A stretch of 64,000 nt of DNA from Salmo salar (Eukaryota). The notes beneath the pieces were generated by a model, which searched no databases, was not told the DNA's origin, and worked only from the letters and a program-made list of their open reading frames with translations. Position 1 is the stretch's first letter; the number at the start of each line of letters is the position of its first letter. Below are positions 26,341-38,889 of the stretch, one piece after another. Made by a program: the position numbers and the translations under genes. The stretch spans positions 52,006,644-52,070,643 of the forward strand of contig NC_059444.1 of assembly GCF_905237065.1 (NCBI RefSeq), in the 5' to 3' direction.

Positions 26341-29300
26341 GCTTAACTTTCTGAACATTCGAGACGTGTGGTCCACTTGTCAGTCCAATCTCCTTTGCAT
26401 TAGCGTAGCCTCTTCTGTAGCTTGTCTACTATGTGTCTGTCTATCCCTGTTCTCTCCCCTCTGCTCAGGCCATACAAACGCTCCACACCGCGTGGCCGCT
26501 GCCACTCTAACCTGGTGGTCCCAGCGCGCACGACCCACATGGAGTTCCAGGTCTCCGGCAGCCTCTGGAACTGCCGGTCTGCGGCCAACAAGGCTGAGTT
26601 CATCTCAGCCTATGCTACCCTCCAGTCCCTAGACTTCCTGGCGCTGACGGAAACATGGATTACCACAGATAACACTGCTACTCCTACTGCTCTCTCCTCG
26701 TCTGACTACGTGTTCTCACATACCCCTAGAGCATCGAGCCAGCGGGGTGGTGGCACTGGAATCCTCATCTCTCCCAAGTGGACATTCTCTCTTTCTCCCC
26801 TGACCCATCTGTCTATCTCCTCATTTGAATTCCATGCTGTCACAGTTACCAGCCCTTTCAAGCTTAACATCCTTATCATTTATCGCCCTCCAGGTTCCCT
26901 TGGAGAGTTCATCAATGAGCTTGACGCCTTGATAAGTTCCTTTCCTGAGGATGGCTCACCTCTCACAGTTCTGGGTGACTTTAACCTCCCCACGTCTACC
27001 TTCGACTCATTCCTCTCTGCCTCCTTCTTTCCACTCCTCTCCTCTTTTGACCTCACCCTCTCACCTTCCCCCCTACTCACAAGGCAGGCAATACGCTTGA
27101 CCTCATCTTTACTAGATGCTGTTCTTCCACTAATCTCATTGCAACTCCCCTCCAAGTCTCCGACCACTACCTTGTATCCTTTTCCCTCTCGCTCTCATCC
27201 AACACTTCTCACTCTGCCCCTACTCGGATGGTATTGCGCCGTCCCAACCTTCGCTCTCTCTCTCCCGCTACTCTCTCCTCTTCCATCCTATCATCTCTTC
27301 CCTCTGCTCAAACCTTCTCCAACCTATCTCCTGATTCTGCCTCCTCAACCCTCCTCTCCTCCCTCTCTGCATCCTTTGATTTCCTCTGTCCCCTATCCTC
27401 CAGGCCGGCTCGGTCCTCCCCTCCTGCTCCGTGGCTCGACGACTCACTGCGAGCTCACAGAACAGGGCTCCGGGCAGCCGAGCGGAAATGGAGGAAAACT
27501 CGCCTCCCTGCGGACCTGGCATCCTTTCACTCCCTCCCCTCTACATTTTCCTCTTCTGTCTCTGCTGCTAAAGCCACTTTCTACCACTCTAAACTCCAAG
27601 CATCTGCCTCTAACCCTAGGAAGCTCTTTGCTACCTTCTCCTCCCTCCTGAATCCTCCTCCCCCTCCCCCCTCCTCCCTCTCTGCGGATGACTTCGTCAA
27701 CCATTTTGAAAAGAAGGTTGACGACATCCGATCCTCGTTTGCTAAGTCAAACGACACCGCTGGTCCTGCTCACACTGCCCTACCCTGTGCTTTGACCTCT
27801 TTCTCCCCTCTCTCTCCAGATGAAATCTCGCGTCTTGTGACGGCCGGCCGCCCAACAACCTGCCCACTTGACCCTATCCCCTCCTCTCTTCTCCAGACCA
27901 TTTCCGGAGACCTTCTCCCCTACCTCACCTCGCTCATCAACTCATCCTTGACCGCTGGCTACGTCCCTTCCGTCTTCAAGAGAGCGAGAGTTGCACCCCT
28001 TCTGAAAAAACCTACACTCGATCCCTCCGATGTCAACAACTACAGACCAGTATCCCTTCTTTCCTTTCTCTCCAAAACTCTTGAACGTGCCGTCCTTGGC
28101 CAGCTCTCTTGCCATCTCTCAGAATGACCTTCTTGATCCTAATCAGTCAGGTTTCAAGACTGGGCATTCAACTGAGACTGCTCTTCTCTGTGTCACGGAG
28201 GCTCTCCGCACTGCTAAAGCTAACTCTCTCTCCTCTGCTCTCATCCTTCTAGACCTATCTGCTGCCTTTGATACCGTGAACCATCAGATCCTCCTCTCCA
28301 CCCTCTCCGAGCTGGGCATCTCCGGCGCGGCCCACGCTTGGATTGCGTCCTACCTGACAGGTCGCTCCTACCAGGTGGCGTGGCGAGAATCTGTCTCCGC
28401 ACCACGTGCTCTCACCACTGGTGTCCCCCAGGGCTCTGTTCTAGGCCCACTCCTATTCTCGCTATACACCAAGTCACTTGGCTCTGTCATATCCTCACAT
28501 GGTCTCTCATATCATTGCTATGCAGATGACACACAATTAATCTTCTCCTTTCCCCCTTCTGACAACCAGGTGGCGAATCGCATCTCTGCATGTCTGGCAG
28601 ACATATCAGTGTGGATGACGGATCACCACCTCAAGCTGAACCTCGGCAAGATGGAGCTGCTCTTCCTCCCGGGGAAGGACTGCCCGTTCCATGATCTCGC
28701 CATCACGGTTGACAACTCCCTTGTGTCCTCCTCCCAGAGTGCTAAGAGCCTTGGCGTGACCCTGGACAACACCCTGTCGTTCTCCACTAACATCAAGGCG
28801 GTGACCCGATCCTGTAGGTTCATGCTCTACAACATTCGCAGAGTACGACCCTGCCTCACACAGGAAGCGGCGCAGGTCCTAATCCAGGCACTTGTCATCT
28901 CCCGTCTGGATTACTGCAACTCGTTGTTGGCTGGGCTCCCTGCCTGTGCCATTAAACCCCTACAACTCATCCAGAACGCCGCAGCCCGTCTGGTGTTCAA
29001 CCTTCCCAAGTTCTCTCACGTCACCCCGCTCCTCCGCTCTCTCCACTGGCTTCCAGTCGAAGCTCGCATCCGCTACAAGACCATGGTGCTTGCCTACGGA
29101 GCTGTGAGGGGAACGGCACCTCCGTACCTTCAGGCTCTGATCAGGCCCTACACTCAAACAAGGGCACCGCGTTCATCCACCTCTGGCCTGCTCGCCTCCC
29201 TACCTCTGAGGAAGCACAGTTCCCGCTCAGCCCAGTCAAAACTGTTCGCTGCTCTGGCACCCCAATGGTGGAACAAGCTCCCTCACGACGCCAGGACAGC

Positions 29301-29520
29301 GGAGTCAATCACCACCTTCCGGAGACACCTTAAACCCCACCTCTTTAAGGAATACCTAGGATAGGATAAAGTAATCCTTCTAACCCCGCCCCCCCTTAAA
29401 AGATTTAGATGCACTATTGTAAAGTGGTTGTTCCACTGGATATTATAAGGTGAATGCACCAATTTGTAAGTCGCTCTGGATAAGAGCGTCTGCTAAATGA
29501 CTTAAATGTTAAATGTAAAT
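26340..29520 (+). mobile_element. L2/RSg-1-like LINE, copy A (endonuclease + RT, frameshifted), with 3' tail ...gtaagtcgctctggataagagcgtctgctaaatgac
   Basis: Plus-strand ORFs 26422..27651, 27228..28127 and 28030..29364 in three frames. Endonuclease motifs (SLWNCRSAANKAEFISAYA...ALTETW) and RT motifs (LLDPNQSGFKTGHSTETAL, LLDLSAAFDTVNH, YADDTQL). Roughly 97-98% identical to copy B. Confidence 0.85.
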
Positions 29521-30105
29521 GTACTTTAAGACATGAAGATCAGTCATTCCAGAAAATGTCAAGAACTTTGAAAGTTTCTGCAAGTGCAGTCGCAAAAACT
29601 ATCAAGCGCTATGATGAAACTGGCTCTCATGAGGACCGCCACAGGAATGGAAGACCCAGAGTTACCTCTGCTGCAGAGGATAAGTTCATTAGGAGTTACC
29701 AGCGTCAGAAATTGCAGCCCAAATAAATGCTTCACAGAGTTCAAGTAACAGACACATCTCAACAACTGTTCAGAGGAGACTGCGTGAATCAGGCCTTTAT
29801 GGTCAAATTGCTGCAAAGAAACCACTACTAAAGGACACCAATAAGAAGCATTCCTCATGAAGCTGGTTGAGAGAATACCAAGTGTGCAAAGCTGTCAACA
29901 AGGCAAAGGGTGGCTACTTTGAAGAATATAAAATATATTTTTGATTTGTTTAACACTTTTTGGGTTTCTACATGATTCCATACGTGTTATGTCATAGTTT
30001 TGGTGTCTTATTATTCTACAATGTAGAAAATAGTTAAAAAAATAAATAAAAACCCTGGAATGAGTAAGTGAGTGCAAACTTCTAATTGGTACTGTTTGTA
30101 TCAAA
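29521..30105 (+). mobile_element. Tc1-like element, internally deleted copy; LINE copy A abuts its 5' side
   Basis: Plus-strand transposase N-terminal remnant (...[40 protein letters not shown]), then the conserved 3' end ttctacaatgtagaaaatag...cttctaattggtactg inverted repeat. Confidence 0.7.
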
Positions 30106-30564
30106 ACAGGGGCAGGGGGGAAAATGCATGTCATCTTTGCACTTAAATAGCAAATGGCGGACACTTTTCCCGTGGTTCATTTTCATGCCAACCAACGATA
30201 AGCAATTGGCTTATTATTAGGAAAGTTGAGAAATAAATAATATAGTAGGCCTAGCCTATAGAAAGCGGATGGGATCCTCTTTTTATTAGAGGCCATCAAT
30301 GTTGCGCAACACGAGCTCATGAAGTGTTTGATTAGATTTTCGATTACATTTGCATTGATGTCAGAGTGATTAGAGGGACAATAGAGTGCCGAGTACCAGG
30401 CAGTTAGCAAGTTTGGTAGGCTACTAATGACCATCAGCAGCATCAGAGCTTGGAGAAGCCTAACTACCGTGACCAAACGGTCACATGGAATTCGACTGCC
30501 GTCATGACTTGTGACCGCCGATGTGGCGGTAATACCGTTACCGCAACAGCCCTACCCTCTCTAC

Positions 30565-30774
30565 CTGTTGTATGGGGCTCTGGGCCTGGAACAGGATGCG
30601 TCGACCCAGTAGTTCAGCGAAGATGCAGCCCACCGACCAGACGTCTATGGCAGAGCCATAATGGCGGCTGCCCATCAGCACCTCAGGAGCCCGGTAGTAC
30701 TGAGTCACCACCTCCTGGGTCATGTGACGAGACTGGTCCGGCTCCTCCACACGTGCCAGCCCAAAGTCACAGAT
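30565..30774 (-). CDS. nlk: nlk exon 6 (activation loop, TQY motif, APE)
   Basis: Acceptor gctcAG|ATCTGTGAC and donor CAG|GTAGAG. Encodes ICDFGLARVEEPDQSRHMTQEVVTQYYRAPEVLMGSRHYGSAIDVWSVGCIFAELLGRRILFQAQSPIQQ. Anchored to minus ORF 30538..30750. Confidence 0.9.
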
Positions 30775-30856
30775 CTGAGCGAGAGAGAGGGGGCGGGAAG
30801 GAGAGAGAGAAAGAGGTGAGTGGAAGAGGGGGAAATTTAGTTACATCCACGGAGTA

Positions 30857-32880
30857 TACAAAACATTAAGAACACCTGCTCTTTCCATGACAGACTGCCC
30901 AGGTGAAAACTACCTTTGATGTCACTTGTTAAATCCACTTCAAATCCGTGTAGATGAAGGAGAAGATTTTTAAGCCTTGAAACATGGATTGTGTATGTGA
31001 GAGACTAGTCAAGGACCATATCACCTCCACCCTACCTGACACCCTAGACCCACTCCAATTTGCTTACCACCACAATAGGTCCACAGACGACGCAATCGCC
31101 ATCACACTGCACACTGCCCTAACCCATCTGGACAAGAGGAATACCTATGTAAGAATGCTGTTCATCGATTACAGCTCAGCATTTAACACCATAGTACCCT
31201 CCAAACTCGTCATTAAGCTCGAGAACCTGGGTCTCGACCCCGCCCTTTGCAACTGGGTCCTGGACTTCCTGACAGGCCGCCCCCAGGTGGTGAGGGTAGG
31301 TAACAGCATCTCCACCCCGCTGATCCTCAACACTGGGTCCCCACAAGGGTGCGTTCTCAGCCCTCTCCTGTACTCCCTGTTCACTCATGACTGCGTGGCC
31401 ATGCACGCCTCCAACTCAATCATCAAGTTTGCAGATGACACTACAGTGCTAGGCTTGATTACCAACAACGACGAGATGGCCTACAGGGAGGAGGTGAGGG
31501 CCCTCGGAGTGTGGTGTCAGGAAAATAACCTCTCACTCAATGTCAACAAAACAAAGGAGATGATCGTGGACTTCAGGAAACAGCAGAGGGATCAGCCCCC
31601 TATCCAGATCGACGGGACAGTATTGGAGAAGGTGGAGAGTTTTAAGTTCCTCGGCGTACACATCACAGACAAACTGAAATGGTCCACCCACACAGACAGC
31701 GCGGTGAAGAAGGCGCAGCAGCGCCTCTTCAACCTCAGAAGGCTGAAGAAATTCGGCTTGTCACCAAAAACACTCAAACTTTTACAGATGCACAATCGAG
31801 AGCATCCTGTCGGGCTGTATCACCGCCTGGTACGGCAGCTGCTCCGCCCATAACCGGAAGACTCTCCAGAGGGTAGTGAGGTCTGCACAACACATCACCG
31901 GGTGCAAACTACCTGCCCTCCAGGACACCTACACCACCCGATGTCACAGGAAGGCCAAAAAGATCATCAAGGACAACAACCACCCGAGCCACGGCCTGTT
32001 CACCCCGCTACCATACAGAAGGCGAGGTCAGTACAAGTGCATCAAAGCGGGGACCGAGAGACTGAAAAACAGCTTCTATCTCAAGGCCATCAGACTGTTA
32101 AACAGCCATCACTAACATTGAGTGGCTGCTGCCAACATACTGACTCAACTCCACCCACTTTAATAATGGTAAAATTGATGTAATCAATTTATCACTAGTC
32201 ACTTTATATTATATAATGTTCTCATACCCTACATTGCTCATCTCATATGTATATACTGTACTCTATACCATCTACTGCATCTTGCCTATGCCGTTTGGCC
32301 ATCACTCATTTATATATTTTTATGTACATATTCATATTCATTCCTTTACACTTGTGTGTACAAGGTAGTTGTTGTGAAATTGTTAGGTTATATTACTTGT
32401 TAGATATTACTGCATGGTCGGAACTAGAAACACAAGCATTTCGCTACACTTGCATTAACACCTGCTAACCATGTGTATGTGACAAATAAATTTGATATTT
32501 TGATTTGTGCCATTCAGAGGCTGAATAAATGGGCAAGACAAACTATTTAAGTGCCTTTGAACAAGGTATGGTAGTAGGTGCCAGGTGCAACAGTTTCAGT
32601 GTGTCAAGAACTGCAAAGGTGCTGGGTTTTTCACACTCAACAGTTTCCCATGTGTGTCAAGAATGGTCGACCATCCTAAGGACATCCAGCCAACGAGACA
32701 ACTGTGGGAAGCATTGGAGTCAACAAGGGCCAGCATCGCTGTGGAATGCATTCAACACCTTGTAGAGTGCATGCCCTGATGAACTGAGGCTGTTTTGAGG
32801 GCAAAAGGTGTGGGGGGCAACTCAATATTAGGAAGGTGTTTGTAATGTTTGGTGTACCCAGTGTAGGTTGACCACTGTAA
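30857..32880 (+). mobile_element. Nested insertion: Tc1-derived repeat (30857-30983 and 32470-32880) split by a 5'-truncated LINE RT fragment (30984-32470)
   Basis: The two flanks are the left and right halves of the same repeat as 2130-2700. The insert encodes plus-strand RT ORF 30984..31853 ([13 protein letters not shown]...FADDTTV) and C-terminal ORF 31876..32115 (KLPALQDTYTTRCHRKAKKII), then a 3' UTR. Lies in nlk intron 5. Confidence 0.8.
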
Positions 32881-32944
32881 TTACAGCATAATACACTTGT
32901 ATGTTTGTCAAAAGGTGTATAGATTATATTCTTCAGTCCAGTCA

Positions 32945-33106
<162 letters not shown>

Positions 33107-33285
33107 TCATAACGGTCCAAATATAGCCCCTTGCCAATTCCCCTTCAGTGTTTGCAGTCAATGTCAACATGAATCCATCAATATGGCTCCATCACATGAA
33201 ACAAGCTGGCTCCTTTAAACCTGCAAACCAAGAAAGGCTGGGGGGGGGGACTCACAAATGGGTTGTTTTTGGGGCTCAGGAGTTA

Positions 33286-33498
<213 letters not shown>

Positions 33499-33795
33499 TT
33501 ATAGGATGTGGCCGGAGCACATAGAAGAAAGATGGATTATTAAGCTATCTATAGTAAAGTTAAAAATGTAGTTATCTATCATAACAAAAGACTATCCCTA
33601 ATGGTATCATCTCGGTTGAGGTTTATCTTGATGTATAATGTATTATGTTGATTCAGACTGTTTTGAAAGGAGGAGGACATGATAATATATAGACAGAGAA
33701 ACTGGGACAGAGAAAGTGCACAAGTGAATAATGGCTGACACATAAGTCATGTGTGCAAGTGTGTGTGCGCACGTGAATGTGCATGTGAAGGATAC

Positions 33796-33851
33796 ATTTC
33801 CTCGAAGCAGTCGATCTGCGGAGGCTGCAGAATGTCCAGCGCTGACAACAC
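33796..33851 (-). CDS. nlk: nlk exon 3
   Basis: Acceptor gtttacAG|GTGTTG and donor AT|GTATCC. Encodes VLSALDILQPPQIDCFEE(I). Confidence 0.75.
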
Positions 33852-34326
33852 CTGTAAACACACATCATCATCATCATCATCACCCTTCTCGTTGTTTTAA
33901 TGATTAGAGCTCTAAAAGACAAAACAGACAGGCGAACGGTTAAAAGCAGTGAGTGGCCATCCTATCGTTGGCCGTCATTTCGTGTTCATTTTCTGATGAT
34001 TGTACACGTTGAAATCGCCACCGTTTTGTCAACACTCAGCAAGTGATCTAGCGTTCACAGCCGACATTTGATAAGGCACTTCTCGTCCTTAAGTGGCTAA
34101 ACTATAACAAACCTCTACCTTCACAGTGCTATTTGTAGAGCTAGCCTCTGTATGGAAACATATCAATGAGCAGTGTCTTATGCCTCTATTATGGATGCAA
34201 TACTGTATGAAAATGTCTCAAAATGGCACCTTACTCCAGAGTGTAGGAAATAGGGTGCCATTTAGGACGCAGCCTGTGTGTGCGTTGCGCAGTCCTGTGT
34301 ATAGATGCATCGCTGTCCATTCTTAC

Positions 34327-34456
34327 GTTGTCGTGTTTGAAGAAGCAGAGCATCCTCAGCTCTCTGAAGACCCTCTTACAGGAGACTAGGTTCTGGAAGA
34401 CATTGGGCATCTTCTTCAGGGCTACCTTACGCCCGTCACGAGGGTCTGTCACTGAC
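34327..34456 (-). CDS. nlk: nlk exon 2
   Basis: Acceptor ctgcAG|GTCAGTGAC and donor AAC|GTAAGA. Encodes SVTDPRDGRKVALKKMPNVFQNLVSCKRVFRELRMLCFFKHDN. Confidence 0.85.
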
Positions 34457-34636
34457 CTGCAGGGGCAAGACGGAGGGGTCTGTTATCACTGGTCACCAAT
34501 GGGGAGGGCACGTGCACACACAGTATGTCCATCTCATTCCCTTGTTAGATACACACCCTTTTTTGGAAAGGAAAAAAAAATGCAAAAACTCACATGGAAA
34601 TCAGTCTTCATTCTTATTTGAAATGGCACAACTTAC

Positions 34637-34950
34637 CAGACTACACCAAATGCGCCATAACCGATAGGTCGATCAGGCTCCATCTCAGCGGGGCTTGGCA
34701 CTTCACTGGCAGGACTACTGTGATGCTGTGGTACAGCGGCCCCGCCCCCGGTGCTTCCCCCAAGAGACGTAGGGTGTCGAGGCGTCCCCGCCGGGGCAGT
34801 GGGTCCAGTTAGGCTCGGTGTTGCACTGAGGCCCGTGGAAGTGGATCCAGTTGAGGTGTTGGCGCAAAAATACTTGTTATGCCCCAACTCAGATCCGGGG
34901 AACAGGTTACCACATACTGTCTGCTGCAGGCCTGTACCATGGAATGCCAT
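34637..34950 (-). CDS. nlk: Nemo-like kinase, first coding exon (ATG at 34948-34950)
   Basis: Minus ORF 34633..34950 ends ...EMEPDRPIGYGAFGVVW, the start of the NLK kinase domain. There is an in-frame stop just 5' of the ATG. Donor TG|GTAAGT. Confidence 0.8.
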
Positions 34951-37096
34951 TCTATTTCAAACTTCTATCAGAAGGGTTCGTTTGGGAGCTATGTCTAATA
35001 CTGTACTCGCTTTGAGCGTTGCATGCATCACAAATACATGAACCGAGAGCTTGACTTCAGTATTCTATGCAGGCATGATTATGACTCTGTTCCTTGCTTG
35101 TAGAACATGCAACAGAGAATGTAAACCATGTCTGATATGGTTAGCAGCTATCTTTTTAGCTATATAATAACAGGAGCAGTGTTATTTAGCTTGCTATTAG
35201 ACTATTGTCGTGGAATCACCATTATTGGCTTTAGTGAGGTAGGTAATGTTAGGTCACGACAGAAAACCAAAAGTATAACGTCAGCAGTGTGATCGAAAAC
35301 ACTGTCGGGTCCAGAAATTCCTGAGCTATATCGACACAAACGCTATGTAATTGGCCAGAGATCACATAATCAATCAGTCTGGCTGGGGAAAGCAATGCCT
35401 ATCACTGTTAATACATTTGTGCTTTCTGTTTTGTGGCCTAATTTTACGATGAGTAAGAAGTCTCCCCTTATCTAGCAATGCTATGTTACATTAACTGGCT
35501 ACCAGCTCGCGCTACATTAGTTTCTTGCCCGGGCTCAGATAGCTACCTTTGTCTGGTTGATGTTAACGAGCTAGCTAAACCGAAAAGTACACACACCGGT
35601 GTTTGCATATAGTTAGCGGAGTAATTCCACTAGCTTATTATATAGCGAACCAGTTGCAGAGGTAGCTAAATAAAAAAGGTAGCAAACGCCCGGTTCTTCC
35701 AGCTCGAGATGTCGGTCAATGAAATTCAGATTCGTAGAACGTTAGCTAGCTGGCATTAGCCCGAATGCTAACCAGCTGTTCCATGGCCCAGATAGACAGC
35801 CGGGTATTTAGCTAGCAGACTGTCGTGACCTATATATTTGCTTTGACCAAAAACACTTTCAGTAGACGAAACGAAATGAAAGAAAAATCAACCAGCGTAA
35901 TTCGCAGCGCGAGGAAGTCCTCTTTTGATTTCACACAACGAAAGTCAGTTTTGCATCACTAACGTTAGCTGAATAACGTTAGCCGGGGTTGCTAGCTAGC
36001 TAAGTTGCTAACAAGCTAGCCCTATCATACCCAATGATAAAAATGAAAAGTGCCAAGAGAGATTAAACCAGCAACTGTGTGATATATTTCATCGCTCTTC
36101 TCTATATCATCTGCTAACCATGTCTTCCGAATGATCCCTTTCTTTCTTGGAAATCAGCTGTTTGAAATAGTGGAATAGTGAGTAGGAGGAGTTGGGGGGT
36201 GGATAGCAAAGGACAGGAGAAAAGGTGGGGGAGGGTTAGACCACTGGTGTAAACAATGCCATGGACAATAGATCAACGGTTCATAGAATCTCTATTCAGA
36301 TTATCATAACTACATCTATATAGAGACAACAACAAAAAAAATGTTAAATAAGATTTACATTTTTCTCCAGAGAAATAATCATTTTCTATTCTACTGCATC
36401 TCTGATATCAGATGCTGTACATGTTCACAGATAAAGTGCATATAGGTTATACATACTACTGCTTTAATACAGTGACATTAACAGAGGAGATTCTAAATCA
36501 ACAGAAGAACAGTCTAGAATGCAATCTCACAAAAACGTGTCACAAAAGTACAAATACTTTTCAGACCAATTCAACTTTGAGAGAATTAAAAATCAGAGCA
36601 TCCAGAATAATAACAACAAGATCATAGGAAGCAAAGAAAGACGAGCATTCAGTAGCCAAATATACAGACAAATAAATACCCATTTGATGCTATCTGTCTA
36701 TAAGTGATAGGGTAAAGTTACATGGTGATGACATGTTTCTGTTGAAAAGGCAACAGTCCTTTCTTGCGAATACTGTTCATCTTAAAAAGCAAAAAGCCAA
36801 TGTAGGACCACAGCTCAAACTACGTCTGGGTGATCATATACTGTATAATCAATATTTCCAAAGAAAATAAATAGTGATGCATTTGTAAAATCCCAAACAT
36901 CGTTATGGGAGTTTGGGTTCTATGTGAATGGAAAAGTGGCATATTGAACCGGAAAACGTTCTCTTTCGTTCAGTAGAATTTCATTTAAAAAAAAGGGGAT
37001 TCCACGATCTCTCCTTTCCTCTTCTCTCTCGTGTCCACCAATGGCAGTTGATAAAGTGACTGTTGCGTAAACAACAGCAACATCTTAAATAGGATC

Positions 37097-37330
37097 GAAT
37101 ACAAAGGGCTCCCAAGTGGCGCAGCGGTCTAAGACACTGCATCTCAGTCCTACTGACCCTGGTTTGATTCCAGGCTGTATCACAACCAGCTGTGATTGGG
37201 AGTTCCATAGGGCGGCCCACAATTGGCCCAGTGTTGCCTGGGTTAGGGTTTGGTCGGGGTAGGCCGTCATTGTAAAATAAGATTTTGTTCTTAACTGACT
37301 TGCCTAGTAAAATAAAGGTAAAAAAAGAAA
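37097..37330 (+). mobile_element. tRNA-derived SINE (salmonid HpaI/SmaI-type)
   Basis: tRNA-like head gggctcccaagtggcgcagcggtctaagacactgcatctcagt...ggtttgattcc, then the conserved tail ggccgtcattgtaaaataagattttgttcttaactgacttgcctagtaaaataaaggtaaaaaaa. Confidence 0.8.
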
Positions 37331-37572
37331 TGGGGCCCTGGGGGGTGAATGCCCCTATATGCTGATCCGGGGCCAGTATTTAACTTTCCCCATTAATGGT
37401 TAGGATTGGGGGAGGGGAAACTGATCCTACAGTACATCTGTACTTAGGATAAATTTCACCCCGAGCCACATCCACTCCTCTTTCAAGCTGTCCTGACTGC
37501 AGTCTCCACGGCATCCATTTACCTCCATCCCCTCTCCCCCTTCCCCCTCCCTCTCTCCAATGGGCCTGGCTG

Positions 37573-37904
37573 CTAGCTGAGAGGCTGGGGGGCGATGCTG
37601 GAGCAGTCAGTGACCAGCAGGCCCACGGTTGAGCTGCCTGACAGAGACACGGCCACAGCCATGGTACCGGTCCCCGCGGGGCTACTGCTGGGGCTGGGGG
37701 CGCCCTGGACCTGGGTGACGGCGTGGGTGCCCATGTGGCCCTGGAGCTGGGTGGGTGTCTTGCACTGCACCCCACACAGTTGGCACAGCAGCACCCCGCC
37801 AGCACCGGCCCCGCCGAACATGCCCCGCGTCCCGCCGCTCTCCTTCCACTCCTGGCCGTGATGTTTCTGAGCGTGGACACGCAGATAGGTGAGGGTGGTG
37901 AAGC
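37573..37904 (-). CDS. maz: MAZ-like last coding exon (stop TAG at 37573-37575)
   Basis: Acceptor ctccAG|GCTTCACC. Encodes (S)FTTLTYLRVHAQKHHG...LLCQLCGVQCKTPTQLQGHMGTHA...SIAPQPLS then stop. The last finger matches the MAZ C-terminus. Confidence 0.8.
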
Positions 37905-38114
37905 CTGGAGGGAGATGAGAGGGAGAGGGAGGAAGAGAGAGGGAGGGAGAGCATTGAGAAATAAGAAAAGGCGAGGAACAAAAGATGAGGAACAAAAGAG
38001 AAGGACATATGAGAGATGAGAAATGAGAGAGGGATAACTGTGTAACCACCTCCGTTACACAGGTATTCTCCTCTCCTTTCACAAATTTAAAAAAGAACAT
38101 GGAAGTCCACTCAC

Positions 38115-38286
38115 TGCGGTTGCACAGGTGGCAGGCGTGGTGCTGTGATTGGTTGTGGACCCTCATATGATCGGTGATGTAGGCGGCAGAGAGGAGCTTG
38201 CCACAGATGTGGCACGGCACCTTCTCCTCGTGGCGAATCAGGTGGGCACGGAGACGGTCCCGAGTGGCGAAGGCAGACGTGCAGGT
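38115..38286 (-). CDS. maz: MAZ-like exon with C2H2 fingers 5-6
   Basis: Acceptor tacacAG|ACC and donor A|GTGAGTGG. Encodes TCTSAFATRDRLRAHLIRHEEKVPCHICGKLLSAAYITDHMRVHNQSQHHACHLCNR. Anchored to minus ORF 37573..38325. Confidence 0.85.
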
Positions 38287-38889
38287 CTGTGTAGCACACA
38301 CGCCCGCACACACACACAAAACCATTGTTCAATCTTGGACATTTTGACAATTTTCTTCGCCATTATATTTTAGAAGCTAGGCAGGTCAATGTCATTAAAT
38401 TGCCTATAAAAAAATTCATACAGTGTACACAGAGAAGCAAGGAACATATGACAGGAAACAAGTTTGAAAATAGGGAGAAAGAACAAGGCAAGAGTTAAAA
38501 TGTTGTCCCCCACGAATGATGCAGTTTCGTGCAGATCGGTTATTCAGTGCCAGAGGAGTAGCAGCAGCAGCAGCTGAAAAATGAGCTCCTACAAATATTG
38601 AAATTTACATGGTTTTTAGAGTGAAGTACATCGGAAAAAAGCAAAAGAAAACTGCAAGACTGAATAGGAGAAAAAACAAGCAACAAACAAAGACGATAGG
38701 CTTTTGAAAAATAACTATTTTTCATAAAATTGTAGTTATCTTAGCAAGCTGAATTGTTTACCAGTTGCTAAGCAGTTGCTAGGGACTCTTTTGGAAGAAG
38801 CTAGCTAGCTAACGAAGAACAACAAAGAATATCTAGTTAACAGAAGAAAAGAAAGAGAAAATCAGGACAGAAGAAAAAGGATATCAAAG

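Noticed and set aside
30538-30774. The kinase could have been MAPK3/ERK1, which would fit the 16p11.2 neighbourhood
   Set aside because: The activation-loop segment HMTQEVVTQYYRAPE and the flanking sequence EPDRPIGYGAFGVVWSVTDPRDG are specific to NLK, not ERK (TEY...ATRWYRAPE).
30450-30869. 139-aa plus-strand ORF
   Set aside because: It is antisense to nlk exon 6, and the high-confidence kinase exon is on the minus strand. The open frame is a by-product of GC-rich coding sequence.
37380-38373. Several overlapping ORFs on both strands (37380..37880, 37595..37861, 37682..38008, 37723..38019, 38111..38350, 38149..38373)
   Set aside because: These are alternative-frame and antisense readings of the GC-rich maz last exons and the GA-rich intron. 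Only the frame giving C2H2 fingers (37573..37904 and 38115..38286, minus strand) is supported.
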